A DNA stretch of 63,348 nt, the filler included, from Salisapilia sapeloensis CBS 127946 (lineage: Eukaryota; Protista; Oomycota), in NCBI GenBank assembly GCA_023334545.1. It is 12 parts of 12 records of this genome, joined end to end, with 100 filler letters (N's around TTAATTAATTAA, not from the genome) between each part and the next. Parts side by side here need not be neighbours in the genome. Positions count along the whole stretch, not along the records: positions 1 to 3,985 come from JAADVB010000704.1; positions 4,086 to 5,718 come from JAADVB010001083.1; positions 5,819 to 12,264 come from JAADVB010000564.1; 9 more parts are not named here. One strand, 5' to 3'. The notes under the pieces are model-generated. The model worked only from the letters and a program-made list of their open reading frames with translations, was not told the origin of the DNA and made no database searches. How positions within the stretch are numbered: the first letter of the stretch is position 1; each line of letters starts with the position of its first letter. Positions 1 through 11,559 of the stretch are shown one piece after another. The translations under genes were made by a program, and so were the position numbers.

Positions 1-2611
1 TAAAACTCCTGCAGATGATCCAATTCGAGCATTGCCAAGTATAGAGCATCTCGAAGTGTTCGCTTGGCGAAAGTGATATCATCTTTGCACTAGATCCAAA
101 CAAGAGCATTCAATAATCTTAGGCTAGCACATCTTTACGTGCTTCATGTCAGATACATGGTGAATGAAAGACGGTGTCCTGGAGATTAAATCATCTACAT
201 ATGCAACCAAAAGAATTTGTTTAATGCATTACCTGTATGCTGCTTAATCGAAATACATCACCTTTATTTTCTTTTGAGTAACTGGAAAGTGTACCGCAGT
301 TTCCTTGATGACTGCTACCAAGGGCGCAGTCATCAAAAAGTATAGAAACTTTTTAATGTCCCTTAAATGAGACGTAGTACCTGAGTTGTTCACTTGTACA
401 AGAGAAAATACAGACAACGTGTACAGTTATGGACAATGCTCAAGTCAATTATAGTGACTATATTTACGTCTTACCGGCCGTAAGCATCCATGGCATCTAC
501 ATCGGTCGGGCTTAAACCTTCGCATTATAAGCACAAAGTACTCATCTGTCGAATCCCTGTGCTTTATTTTATACAACACGCACGAGTTCGAGAAAGTAAG
601 CGAGTAAATAGTCAATTTAGCTTTGGCAACTAGCCAAAGCGTCCAGAGACCAGAAATGAAGTTAGGACAATTGGCAATCTACTATGTACCGACTTTTGAA
701 TACAATACCGGTATGGGTCACTTGGGCGCGATCTCACTGAAATTTTACATGACAAACTGATGGCAATAGCACGTATCTCGATGGAGTTATAAGAGCTATA
801 CTATCTGCCTAGACACCGTTGCTACGAACTACTGCTATGCGGACTCCAGTTACTGTCCAGGACCATCTCAGGTTCCAGCTTGTACATTGCCAGAGTTTGC
901 CTAGCTCTTCTATACAAAGAGACATGAGCATGAACACCGCTCACTACAATATATAGAGTTGGACTGATTTTTTGTCTGAATCAACCGATCACTTTAGTCA
1001 CTTGTTATTCAACTCATCAAGTAGTTTCCATGATAGAGACCATAGACTCGATTATCTCGCATTTTTGGTTGTCATGCAAGGGATGAAAGCTTGGAAGACT
1101 GGTTGGAACTACACTTCAACTTTATTTCAAGAATAGCGTATAGTTTTCCATCTAATTTGTAGCTACTACTCCCATCTGAGAAGCACATTTGCAATCCTAA
1201 TGATGATCCCTCCTCCCTTCACTTCCGCCTCCGTGGTTATTCAGAGCAAACATCTCCAATTCCCTCCTCTTGTCGATGACGTAGCTGAATTCATCACTGC
1301 CTTCCCTGGACCATCTCTTAGTATACGCATTTTGAAAGCAAGTAGATATGGCTCGATCCATGTTCTCGAGCGATGGTGTGTCCTCGTCGAGTGCTCTGTC
1401 CCTCGTAAAGAGTAGAATGATGCAGTCACCAATGTTGCTCAAAGTGGTCGTTTAAACAGCATCATTAGCCTCCATTACTTCCGTCCAGACTGGCACCTCC
1501 CATTGGAAGCACTGAAAGCCGTTTCCATCCACAGACATTTGGCTTTAGCTTAGTAGACGTATCTCAATCGACCGTATGCGTCTTTTACCTACCGATGCAT
1601 GGATAATGCAGCTAGAGGAAGCCACTTGCAAAGAATCCAGTGGCTTCATTCACTCGGAGACGACTGTTGGAATAACAAGTCTGAGCTTCGGAAGGGAAAT
1701 CGGAGAGTGATTCACATAACTTTAATATGCAAATATAGAATGCGTATGCAGTCCATCTGATGACTGTTTCAACAGTAGTATTCAGTGTCCAGGTTGTTAA
1801 GTCGTCCTGGCTCCTCTGATGCGCCAGGTCTGGGGCTGGTGTCATCTTGGAAGATCACGAGGGGCTCCAAGGAAACGCTTACTCCAACAGAGACCACACA
1901 ATTACAAGGAGAGACTATGGCCGAGTTTATTTAGCAGACAATCGAGGATCGTGCGAGGAACAATAGACATTTATTGAACAAAGACAGTGAAATCTTAGTT
2001 GGTACCAAGCCTTCTAAATTCCTCTCTTTCTAATCGACAAAAAGATAGATGATATCGAGAGGGTATATCGATATAGGCATCATTTGTCCCAAAAGATATT
2101 TTCACAAGTGTTGCAAATCTCATACAACTCACGCCACAGCGAGCATGGCAACGGAAAACTCAATTTTGACATAGGGTGGAGCACGAGAGGCGAGATGTAT
2201 TAGCAATATAAAGCGACGTATCCATTGACACCACTGATCATTCGCTTTTGCACTTCTAATTTGGCAGGATAAATATATCGAAGTGTCGCGTTAGCTTTCC
2301 AATGGCAAGTGGCAGATCAAAATCGGTTATTCTCAGCAAGCACAGAATCGCCCGATTTGATTATCGTTATCAGAGTTACAAAATATGAATCCGAATTATG
2401 CCGACTAAGTACTTGGCGCGAACACGACCTACAGAACGCATATTGTAAGATAGAATTAAAGACGTGATCGAAAGATCGATATATAAATATATTTGTATAT
2501 ATAGCTACATATTTGTCTCCACGCAATTTAGCGGCTACTGCACAACAACAGAGTGTAGTCTTTGGTTCTTTATCCATTCCAACTGTTCATCAACCATCCT
2601 AACATGTTAAA

Positions 2612-2640
2612 CCGCTCGCGCAGCGAGCGGCAACAGCTAG
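2612..2640 (+). mobile_element. Helitron 3' terminus (hairpin + CTAG)
   Basis: GC-rich hairpin CCGCTCGC-GCA-GCGAGCGG (2612-2630), then CAACAG, CTAG (2637-2640) and T: the canonical Helitron 3' end inserted before T. No 5' end or RepHel ORF identified. Confidence 0.65.
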
Positions 2641-3985
2641 TGTGTAATTACTATTACCAAACGTTGCCATACATGTAGATATAAATGAAGGATTTATCGG
2701 GCGTATTACTAAATGCAGTTTGGTACATTCGTTGATACGTTATCGGACCTGACGAAGATAATTGCCAAATGAGATTCGAATGAACGCATCGCAAGTGTAT
2801 GCTTAATTAAACTGCTATAAATATGTAAGCATCGGACGCGCCTACTATTACACAAAATATCGGTCATCTTGTGCTGCTGCACTAGATTACGCTAGCGTAA
2901 ATGCTGTCACAGTTGCTGCGATTTTTAAGTTTTTCATGTCAAATATATCGAAGACAATTAAGCTTATGAACAATATGGAAACTTGTCCTCCTCTTAGCTT
3001 TCTCGCTGAAAAGATTTGGGAAATGATCTAGTATGTGAGTTGTAGAACTGGCAACACAAACTGTTTTAAAGAAATAGGCATAGTTCTGATGTGAAGAGCT
3101 TCAACTAATAAATATAAACTACCTTCGATAGCTTTGATGACCTTGGTAGTCTCCGAGTAGCATTAATAGAAGGCAGTAACCAAGAGCGTGCCATTTTACT
3201 GACATTCGATTCGAGAACCCCCATTCGGGTGAAATCTTCTGCATGCAGCAAGTCAGAGCCAACGACAACATCATCTGTATAAGATTCACCCGAGGTTTTC
3301 CAGTAGTTTGTATTTAGAGTTAGAGGCTAGTTGGAGGATAGCATATAGCGAAGAGTTGTCTCCTTAATTAGAAGCGAAAATGATGAGATGGACTTGTTGG
3401 CAATAAAGCTGAAGTATATCGAAAACTTTAGTCGAAGACGGCTAAGTGATAATACTGGAGACAAACAAAGCGATTCAACCTACTTTCGAAAGCATTGGTC
3501 ACTCGAAGGTAAAGAGTTAAAATGGGGATAGCTGCTTATGACGAACCACTAGGTGCAACTATAATCTTGGGCCATTTACTAGATCATTTTCCGAAACAGT
3601 TCATCGGCCCACAACTAAGCGTGTCAATATAAACAATAATTTAAACCTAGTGTCATTGAAATCAACTCTTTAAGCACAGCTATACCGAAGTTCCTAAGTC
3701 ATGCTAATCATTTCTTAGCTTTCATTCGTTGAGTCATCCAGTCGGAGACGCAGTTCAGTCATTTTCAGCCACGCCAGTTGACGACCACGCTCTTGGTCGT
3801 TCAGAGAAAGTTCGGAAATGCTTCCTCTCCACACTTTTTCAATCATTGTATCTAACTCATCTTCGCCACTTCGTCTACCTTGAGTAAGAGATTCCTCTTG
3901 CGCAGACCTTTTCGACTCAAAAACCTGGACATTTTCATTTGTCGAAGTCAGCTGGGCAAAGGCGCTCAGTGAGCCTTCAGTTGAA

Positions 3986-4085
3986 NNNNNNNNNNNNNNN
4001 NNNNNNNNNNNNNNNNNNNNNNNNNNNNNTTAATTAATTAANNNNNNNNNNNNNNNNNNNNNNNNNNNNNNNNNNNNNNNNNNNN
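3986..4085. other. Artificial contig spacer
   Basis: 44 N + TTAATTAATTAA (stops in all six frames) + 44 N. Confidence 0.97.
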
Positions 4086-4226
4086 GACAGCATCCTTACT
4101 CTATTATTGAAGTAAACGGTTCACAGTCGCGGAAGAGTGAACTCCTACATGCAGAGACCTTTCTTTATGGGAATCTATGCATCTTGGAAAAGAAGTTCAA
4201 TCTAATGTTTGTCATCTTGATTGGAA
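4086..4226 (+). repeat. 141-bp inverted repeat, left arm (partner 5578-5718)
   Basis: Exact reverse complement of 5578-5718; both arms abut the contig ends. Confidence 0.95.
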
Positions 4227-4479
4227 GCTGACAACAGTTAAAGAGAAGGATGCAGGTGTCACTCCTTGGATGCTTAAACAGAAAGATTTTGCTGCTCTTA
4301 CCTTAAAAAAGGCATAGAAGGAATGCATCCTTCAAAATTACGATACAAGTAGAAGCCAGTTGTGAATAGTAAATGAATTCCATAGGGTTTCAAGGCCACG
4401 GTGTTTGTTGACACTACATTTAAAATAACAGTTAATCAAGGCTAGTCCAGGCTGGTGAACTTCCTGCTAGTCTGTCGGC

Positions 4480-5470
4480 TCATGGTGCCCTAGCGAGCGC
4501 ACAAATTTTATGTCAGCATCTCTGGCGAGTCCACGTTGGCAATGTTCTCCATACAATCTGGAGGTGGTATTTAAGCTACCAGCTAGATGATAACCCATGG
4601 ACATTCCCCACTGCTCTTGCTCATCTTAACAAAAGACTTCGCTATCAAGAAGGATTCTGCAATGGCAGTATTTTAATGACCGACATTCCATGGCGGCGGT
4701 TATGCGGTTGATGCTTACTACTGCTGAGTCCTGCCTAAAGCTCCCAGTTCCGAGCCTGTCTTCGCCTTGGGTAGATGACAGCATCACGCATCTCCTCTTC
4801 TTTGATGCAGGTAGCCGCGGAAACCCGGGTCCTGGTGTCTCTGGTACAGTTATCGTCAAAGCTCACCTTCACTCTTGGGAAGCAAGCCTCGTCTGGGTTG
4901 CTAGTATCCCCTATGCGTCACCCTCCACGACCAACAACGTAGCCGAATACAGAGGCCTGGAAACTGGTCTGAAAGCGGCACTTCGTTTGCGCCCGACCGA
5001 TCTCCATGTGATCGGTGACAGTGCCATTATCTTACGACGAACACAAAAAGGTATCTCCGCGAAGGCATCTCATTTACAACCATTATACGAAGAGGCTCAA
5101 GCGTCAGTAGCGTCCGTAGGTATCCGTTCGTGGACACATCGTCTTCGACAATTCAATCGAATGACTTACTCGGCAGTCAACATTTCCATGGACTCGAGGA
5201 GCAGCTTCCAGATCTCTGGACAGTCTTCACGATCCCATGTGTCCACTATCCTTGCTAACTTGTCCGATCACGTTAGACAGTGTTATCACTACAGACCACT
5301 TGGTTGTTAGGAACTGGGATCACAATATCTAAGTTAAGCTTTCACTCTTGTAGCTTCCTTTCCTTCCCTTACAGGCTTCACTCAAAGGCTATTAGCACTC
5401 GCATTAGGTAGAAAATGATGTAAAGTAATGAACAAAGGTTTTTCGACAAAACTAAATAAATAATAATAAT
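4480..5470 (+). mobile_element. Decayed L1-like non-LTR retrotransposon 3' end with archaeal-type RNase H
   Basis: ORF 4690-5310 has LLFFDAGSRGNPGPG, TTNNVAEY and VIGDS RNase HI motifs; the fourth acidic residue (NxxAD) reads NRMTY, so it is degenerate. The upstream frame reads LWRVHVGNVLHTIWRW, like an L1 ORF2 C-terminus. A TAAA/TAA-repeat tail lies at about 5453-5470. Confidence 0.65.
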
Positions 5471-5577
5471 CAACGCGTGAGGCGAGGGTGACTACGCGGT
5501 GGCCATAGAAAGATTGGAAAGTCTTGAAAAATGTATGTGTGATAAATTACATGAGCTACTCGAAAGAGAGAAAGGGA

Positions 5578-5718
5578 TTCCAATCAAGATGACAAACATT
5601 AGATTGAACTTCTTTTCCAAGATGCATAGATTCCCATAAAGAAAGGTCTCTGCATGTAGGAGTTCACTCTTCCGCGACTGTGAACCGTTTACTTCAATAA
5701 TAGAGTAAGGATGCTGTC
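5578..5718 (-). repeat. 141-bp inverted repeat, right arm (partner 4086-4226)
   Basis: Exact reverse complement of 4086-4226. Confidence 0.95.
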
Positions 5719-5818
5719 NNNNNNNNNNNNNNNNNNNNNNNNNNNNNNNNNNNNNNNNNNNNTTAATTAATTAANNNNNNNNNNNNNNNNNNNNNNNNNN
5801 NNNNNNNNNNNNNNNNNN
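5719..5818. other. Artificial contig spacer
   Basis: 44 N + TTAATTAATTAA + 44 N. Confidence 0.97.
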
Positions 5819-5861
5819 CACCCTAGACGTGCGGAAGACGAAACATAAAGCCGCTACCATC

Positions 5862-6467
5862 ATGAACACCACCAGGAACGACGCGCAAACCACACGCGCG
5901 CCACGCAAGACAGACAAGGAAAAAATGCTCGCAGGACAAGTGCACTCCACCACAGCACCTGAGCTCGTGGCCGACCGCCAAAAGTGCCGCAAGCTTATCA
6001 CGAAGTACAATTCTTTCGAGAACTGCACGGGAGAGTCTCAGGAGGTTCTCCGAGAATTGCTAGGCCATCTAGGCGAAAACGTTCGGATCGAGATGCCGTT
6101 CCGTGCTAATTACGGCTACAATGTCTTCGTCCACGACACGGTGTACATGAACTTCAACTGCGTTTTGCTGGACGAGTGTCCAATCACAATTGGCAAGTAC
6201 ACCATGGTCGGCCCGAATGTCCATTTCTATACTGTCACACACGATCTCGATCCGATCAAGCGCCGAGGTACCGAGTTCGCGAAACCAATTACGATTGGAG
6301 AGGACTGCTGGATCGGCGGAGGTGTCATTATCCTGCCTGGCGTGACGATCGGCGACGGGTGCACCATCGGAGCAGGATCTGTCGTCACCAAGGACGTCCC
6401 TTCGTACACTGTCTACGCTGGTAACCCAGCCAAATTCATTAAAAGCGTCGATATGTCCGACAGCTAA
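5862..6467 (+). CDS. maa: Maltose/galactoside O-acetyltransferase (Mac domain + hexapeptide repeats)
   Basis: KEKMLAG...PELVADRQKCRKL Mac domain; PFRANYGYN, LDECPITIG, PITIGEDCWIGGGVIILPGVTIGDGCTIGAGSVVTKDVP, GNPAK; first ATG at 5862. Confidence 0.9.
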   Translation: MNTTRNDAQTTRAPRKTDKEKMLAGQVHSTTAPELVADRQKCRKLITKYNSFENCTGESQEVLRELLGHLGENVRIEMPFRANYGYNVFVHDTVYMNFNCVLLDECPITIGKYTMVGPNVHFYTVTHDLDPIKRRGTEFAKPITIGEDCWIGGGVIILPGVTIGDGCTIGAGSVVTKDVPSYTVYAGNPAKFIKSVDMSDS

Positions 6468-6646
6468 GTCCGTGACTTCGATGCTCCTACCATCCAACTG
6501 AATATATATACCTTTGTGTCGTAAGCTGTCTTGCTTTCCATCTAGGCACGTAACACAAAGCAAAGTAGTACAAAAGCCTGTATTCAGGGCTTGTCTACCG
6601 AGACCTCACTACCCTCGGTCCGTGGAATCAAAGATGCAAAAGACCG

Positions 6647-8848
6647 CTACTTTTTCTCTCCCGGCTGCGACGATGTCGGGCCTTCCGATGTCTCGACGCC
6701 CTTCATTCCTGCCGCCTTCATCAGCAGCTTCTGCCTTGCCGCCGATCGGAAGGCCATGCCGACGGTCAGCGCCGTCAAGATGAAGACTGCTAATCCGACG
6801 GTGATGGATAGCGCGATCGGAGGCCCGAACACTCCGTCAGACGTGCCAGAAGCGGACTCGGACAGCGCTGTCGTGCAGCGAGGTCCGCCCCACGACTTGG
6901 GGTGGGTGCACACGCACCGCTGCTTCTGACAGCGTCCTGTCACGAGGAAGCTCTTACCGCCGCCGTTTCCGACCGTGCAGTCGTCATCTGTCTTGCAAAA
7001 GGCCTTTCCGACGACCTCCTTCCACGGGTTGTCCAGATCTTCATAGTCCTCAATATGTCCCTGGATCCACTGCTTGGTCGGATGCGTCTCTGGGTCGCAC
7101 CCGATGTGCATGAGCGACCCGTCCTTAAGGTCGCCACTCGTGTCCTGGTACAAGCGGACGTAGTCCACCTTCATGTACATGGGGAAGTCGTCGCAGATGC
7201 GGTTCACCTTGGCGTCGGACCCGTCACCGCGGCACTCGTTCCCGATGTTCGGAGGCGTCGCGCCCCACGACTGCGAGAGTGCGACGTTAAAGATCAAATA
7301 CATGGGTTCCTCGACCATCAGCTTAATCGGATTGGACTTGTCTTTGTCCTGCGGGACGTCCGAGAAGGCGTCGGCCGTGATCTCGAAGATGACGTGGCCT
7401 GCCAGCATCCACCGGACGTAGCCCTTGGTGCCGGTCACCCATTCCACCTGATACACCAGGTAGTCAGTGTACGCCCCGACGTGGATGGGCCAGTTGGACG
7501 AAATGGCGTCCATCTGATAGTTGAAAGGATCCATCATGCCCGTCGGCTGAGTCGTCGAGTTCCGCGGGTCGGAGCACAGCTTGTTCGTGTTGTCCGGATC
7601 GCACAAGTACGCGCCCATGTACGAGTTCATGACCGGGTAGCACGTTCCGTTGGCGTTGATGCCCCAGTGGTCTGGCCCTGTGCCGTCCATGAGACCCAAG
7701 TCGGCGTTCACGTCGTACGAGGCAGGGCAAGTGTCGACCGTGCAAGAGTTCTTCTCAATCCCTTTCTTCACCGAATTCGATACGCTCTTGTAGCTCTGCT
7801 TCAAGTCACCTTGTGGAGCGCAAAAGTTGTTCGCGGCGTACCGAAGACCTTGGTACCAGCTCTTATGGCCTCGCTTGTCCATGTAGTAGTCTGTCGGAAC
7901 GTCGATGTAGTTGGCTCCCTCCGTCTTGCAGTCGTACGAATAGACGCAGTACGGGTTCGTCTCGTCCGGGTCTCCCTTCCCCACCTCGGCGTCGAACAGT
8001 CGAAAGTCCATGGGCATGCCAGGTCCGACCTGAATGGAACTGGAAATGTGCGTGCCTCCTCCTTCGAGAATGTCGATTTCAGGCGCACCTCGCCCCTGGT
8101 TCGGATTCAGACCGTAGCCTGGGTCGTCGTCGCAAGCACTGATGCGCTGGTTCCTGTGGTCGAAGACCTTGTCGTCGCAGTGGTCGTACGAAAAGGGCCA
8201 CATCCTGCCGGTGGAGCCTGTGAAAATGGCTCGACCGAGGTTTCCGAGCATCCAGATACCAGGCCACGTCGGGTAGTAGGCGGCGGCTTCCACTCGACCA
8301 GAGGGCCCTTTGTCCAGATCTGGGTTGCCAGACTTGGAACTGACGGCGGCAGGGAGCTGCGCCCTGACTTCCATCATGCCACCCTGGAAGCAAAACTTGT
8401 TCCACCCTTGTACCATGGCAGCCCTGTAGAAGAAGTCGACGTCTTCGTAGCCAGGAGGTTTCAAGTAGGCATTGTAGACGTTGATCGTCGTCTTCTCATC
8501 GATCGTCTTGATGTAAAAGTAGCACGTCTCTTTACCGTCCTTGTCCTTCTCACACGCCGTGGACGTCATGTTGTGCGAGTAGATCTCGAGCGCGCCATTG
8601 ACACCGTCCGGTTTCTCTAAAGACGTCCATAGATGGTCTTCTCCAGGCTCAAAGCTGCGGTCCGGAATGTTGAATTCATCCGACATGACGAGTTCCCACG
8701 TCTCGCCGCGAGAACTCGTGTACGTCTGTCGTTCGGCAGGCGTGTCCGGGTCGACCCACATGCGAAGGCCAGAGCGGCTGGCGTACTCCTCCGAGTTATC
8801 GGCCACCGCCGTCGCCATCACAACGGAACAGAGGAGGAACCTCAGCAT
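6647..8848 (-). CDS. KRE6: Beta-glucan synthesis-associated KRE6/SKN1-like GH16 membrane protein
   Basis: Signal peptide; WVDPDTP, LVMSDEF, WPGIWMLGNLGRA, GRGAPEIDILE (GH16 ExDxxE), EEPMYLIFN, VDYVRLYQ; C-terminal TM helix. Confidence 0.88.
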   Translation of the reverse strand: MLRFLLCSVVMATAVADNSEEYASRSGLRMWVDPDTPAERQTYTSSRGETWELVMSDEFNIPDRSFEPGEDHLWTSLEKPDGVNGALEIYSHNMTSTACEKDKDGKETCYFYIKTIDEKTTINVYNAYLKPPGYEDVDFFYRAAMVQGWNKFCFQGGMMEVRAQLPAAVSSKSGNPDLDKGPSGRVEAAAYYPTWPGIWMLGNLGRAIFTGSTGRMWPFSYDHCDDKVFDHRNQRISACDDDPGYGLNPNQGRGAPEIDILEGGGTHISSSIQVGPGMPMDFRLFDAEVGKGDPDETNPYCVYSYDCKTEGANYIDVPTDYYMDKRGHKSWYQGLRYAANNFCAPQGDLKQSYKSVSNSVKKGIEKNSCTVDTCPASYDVNADLGLMDGTGPDHWGINANGTCYPVMNSYMGAYLCDPDNTNKLCSDPRNSTTQPTGMMDPFNYQMDAISSNWPIHVGAYTDYLVYQVEWVTGTKGYVRWMLAGHVIFEITADAFSDVPQDKDKSNPIKLMVEEPMYLIFNVALSQSWGATPPNIGNECRGDGSDAKVNRICDDFPMYMKVDYVRLYQDTSGDLKDGSLMHIGCDPETHPTKQWIQGHIEDYEDLDNPWKEVVGKAFCKTDDDCTVGNGGGKSFLVTGRCQKQRCVCTHPKSWGGPRCTTALSESASGTSDGVFGPPIALSITVGLAVFILTALTVGMAFRSAARQKLLMKAAGMKGVETSEGPTSSQPGEKK

Positions 8849-9072
8849 GCTTCTCTCGAAATGGAAAAAATTAAATGTCAGTTGATCCTCGTCCTGTCGT
8901 CGGCCTGATCTCGGCTGGTGACTCGATTAAAGTATGCGCTGGATACTTGGACAGAAAAGGGAGAGGGAGGCGACGGAACAGAACGACATGGGTTAGTAGA
9001 TAAATGTAGATCAATTCATTTCGCTTAGATACTTCAATCCATACATGAAGACGTCCTTTCCTATGAGACCAA

Positions 9073-10302
9073 CTACGCATCGCCTTCCAACCGCTCGGTG
9101 TAGTGGCCATGGAAGTGATCGGTTCGTCTCATAAGAGCATGTAGCATGTGCCACTGCTCGTCCTGCACAGCACTATGTCGATCTAGGGCTTCTAGCACCT
9201 TGGCATGCATCTCGTTCTGCTGAGCACGCATGTCCTGGATCGACAGACACAGGTTGTTGATTGCCTCTAGGGTCGCGAAGCCAGTTTCGGAATTACGCTC
9301 CATGGCTCTGGTCAAGTGCTTCCACATCGCTTTTGTCGATATGTCAGCCTGATCACCACAACGGGGAAGAGATTCGAGCGAATTGCTACTCTCGATGGAC
9401 GTGGCATCGTACATGCCCTCAGCGCTGCTATATCGTTCCACATCGGACGGCCGAGCTCGAAGCGGTACGTCCGTTCGTCTCTTTTTGACACTCTTACCAG
9501 CGCTCATCTCACCTTTGGCACTCTCCTCTTCGGTAGGCGGATACGGGCGATAAGGGTGGCCCCAGCGATGATCGTTCGACGGACGCAGAAATGAAGCACG
9601 TCCAGCCATGTTCTCGACGCTACGTTTCATGCCGCTATGACGTGCGTCAATCCGACCGACCCAAGCATCCTCTTCGTAGCTTGGGCTTCCACTGCTGTTC
9701 GAAGAGGTGTGGGCTAGCAGACTCTCTGGCTCGTGTTCACGACCTGAGCGATCAGTATACAAGGAGCGGGATAAACTCTCCTGTTCGTGTTCTCGGCCTG
9801 AGCGTTCAGCATACAACGAGCGGGAGGGAGGAAGCGCAGTTGCCATGGTGGACTGCTTGCTCGAATGACGCACCTCCAGAGGCGGTAGTGGAGACGGCTT
9901 CTTGGCGATCGGACGAGAGACAGAGGAAGTTGTCACGACTCGCGTGTGGTCGGTCGTCGCGGCCGACACGACGGCATCCAGCGCCGCTTCATGCGGAGAC
10001 ACGTTCGACGGTAGACTAGCGGAGGGTAGCGGAACAGAAACACGAATCTCCGTGGTGCTCGTGGTGCTGCTCACAGCTCCCGAGCGGTATAAATGTGCGT
10101 TTGTGCGGTTTTTATGGACATCCCACGCGCGGGTGCGAAACGTAGCGTTCATGAGCACCGGCTTGGGTTTCTTTCCCCCGTGGGCAGCGTAGTGGATGTG
10201 GCAGACCTTGCACAGCACATACTTTCCGTCCTTGTCGAGATCCAGGACGTCGGGGTCTTCCAGTATGGCTTGTGGCCATGCGGAGGCTTTTTTCTGCGGC
10301 AT
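9073..10302 (-). CDS. Putative zinc-finger nuclear protein with C-terminal coiled coil
   Basis: Long ORF; N-terminal DGKYVLCKVC...WDVHKNRTNAH (CxxC...H...H), low-complexity middle, basic KKRR and heptad C-terminus; first ATG at 10302. Confidence 0.6.
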   Translation of the reverse strand: MPQKKASAWPQAILEDPDVLDLDKDGKYVLCKVCHIHYAAHGGKKPKPVLMNATFRTRAWDVHKNRTNAHLYRSGAVSSTTSTTEIRVSVPLPSASLPSNVSPHEAALDAVVSAATTDHTRVVTTSSVSRPIAKKPSPLPPLEVRHSSKQSTMATALPPSRSLYAERSGREHEQESLSRSLYTDRSGREHEPESLLAHTSSNSSGSPSYEEDAWVGRIDARHSGMKRSVENMAGRASFLRPSNDHRWGHPYRPYPPTEEESAKGEMSAGKSVKKRRTDVPLRARPSDVERYSSAEGMYDATSIESSNSLESLPRCGDQADISTKAMWKHLTRAMERNSETGFATLEAINNLCLSIQDMRAQQNEMHAKVLEALDRHSAVQDEQWHMLHALMRRTDHFHGHYTERLEGDA

Positions 10303-11523
10303 GTTCGCAGGTAGTTGGATGTAGCGCTTGGTGGGCGCAGGCGGAGTGGATAGGAGGTGTTGAATAGCAGTAGACACTTGAGGAAGTGTACACTTGAGCT
10401 CGTAGCTTGTTCGGGGGAACAGATATAAGGTCGAGTGGAGCTCGTTTTCTTACCAGGAGACTGCTCGTTGCGGTTGTGAAAACGAAAAATTGAAATGTGC
10501 GGCCAGAGGGGGAGACGCCTCGAATTCCCTCTACGAAAAGCAACGTTTTTATGCCAGTGCAATAGGAGGCCCCCGTACTGGGGGTTTCCAAAAACGGAGG
10601 TCTAGGTAAATAGTAATAGACACGAATGAGCCTCTCCGGGTTATCCCACATGCTATTTTTACTCAGTTGGACAAGAGTAGAAAATGTCAAATTGAGAGGT
10701 TTCTGTAGTTGACTTTGACAATTATGGAATATACTGGACTGCTGAAATGGCTTCGCTTAGATGCACATGTCCCCCTTTTGGCATTTCGCCCCGCTCTTGG
10801 AAAGATCCGCTACGAGCCGTTATGAGACTGCGCGACGTTTTTATCACATCAGCGTTTGAACCGTCTGCATACAATAGGACCCACGATTTTGCAGTAGTTT
10901 TCTCGCATGTCTTGCATTGTAAGCAGAGAAATGGAGCTCGAATCCATGAGTAAAGGCTCGATGCCTACTTCCTGCCAAAGGATACCATGAATATTCATCC
11001 ATAGAGGACGTTAGAATGCTTTTTCTTTATTTTTCGACGGAACGACGCTTAAATTTTCGTGCCAGATCAGATTGTAGTCCAGTCACCACCACCTCTAGCC
11101 CCAACTAAATCGTCGCCATTGGTGTGCTCTCATCGCATGTCTATATTTAACATGGTTGCAAATCACATGGGTTCACTCGAACGCATCACCCTTGCGTAGA
11201 AAGAAAAAGTGGAAGCCTTCGTTGCGACGGACATAAAATCACCAAGAAATGACTCCAGATAAGACATATACAGATGAACCTGAGAAACTTGATCCTCTCA
11301 AACACAATAACCCGTTGGTATATAATCACGACCCAGTCTGCCGATTTTCTTATCTCCTTTTCGTATGCCTCTTGATAAACCTCTCTAACGTGAAGCTTGA
11401 TAGAGATTTAACAGATTTTACCGTGGTTTTTGTAGACATAGCTCTTATTAGGGGTCAAAGCTACTAAAATTTTTGCTTACATTGAGACTTTGCTTATGCT
11501 TATTCCTACGCACGGACCTTGCT

Positions 11524-11559
11524 AATGCTTAGCATTTAAGCCACCTCCGGAGGTGGCTT
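11524..11559. repeat. Two abutting palindromes
   Basis: AATGCT-T-AGCATT (11524-11536) and the perfect 22-bp AAGCCACCTCCGGAGGTGGCTT (11538-11559). Confidence 0.85.

Noticed and set aside
1757-1790. CTGATGA plus short stem as a hammerhead ribozyme core (also near 45875)
   Set aside because: No correctly placed GAAA with a paired stem II and stems I/III.
1-2600. Short ORFs and stop-interrupted coding-like frames (for example 1197-1500 on the minus strand)
   Set aside because: Probably decayed genes or transposons, but no family motif could be recognised.
2900-3985. Stop-interrupted coding-like frame on the minus strand
   Set aside because: Looks like a pseudogene remnant but is unassignable without a search.
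6902-8620. 572-aa antisense ORF opposite KRE6 (likewise 31535-32626, 33455-34315, 38884-39525, 60163-61158)
   Set aside because: Shadow ORFs caused by GC3-biased codon usage on the sense gene; no recognisable motifs.
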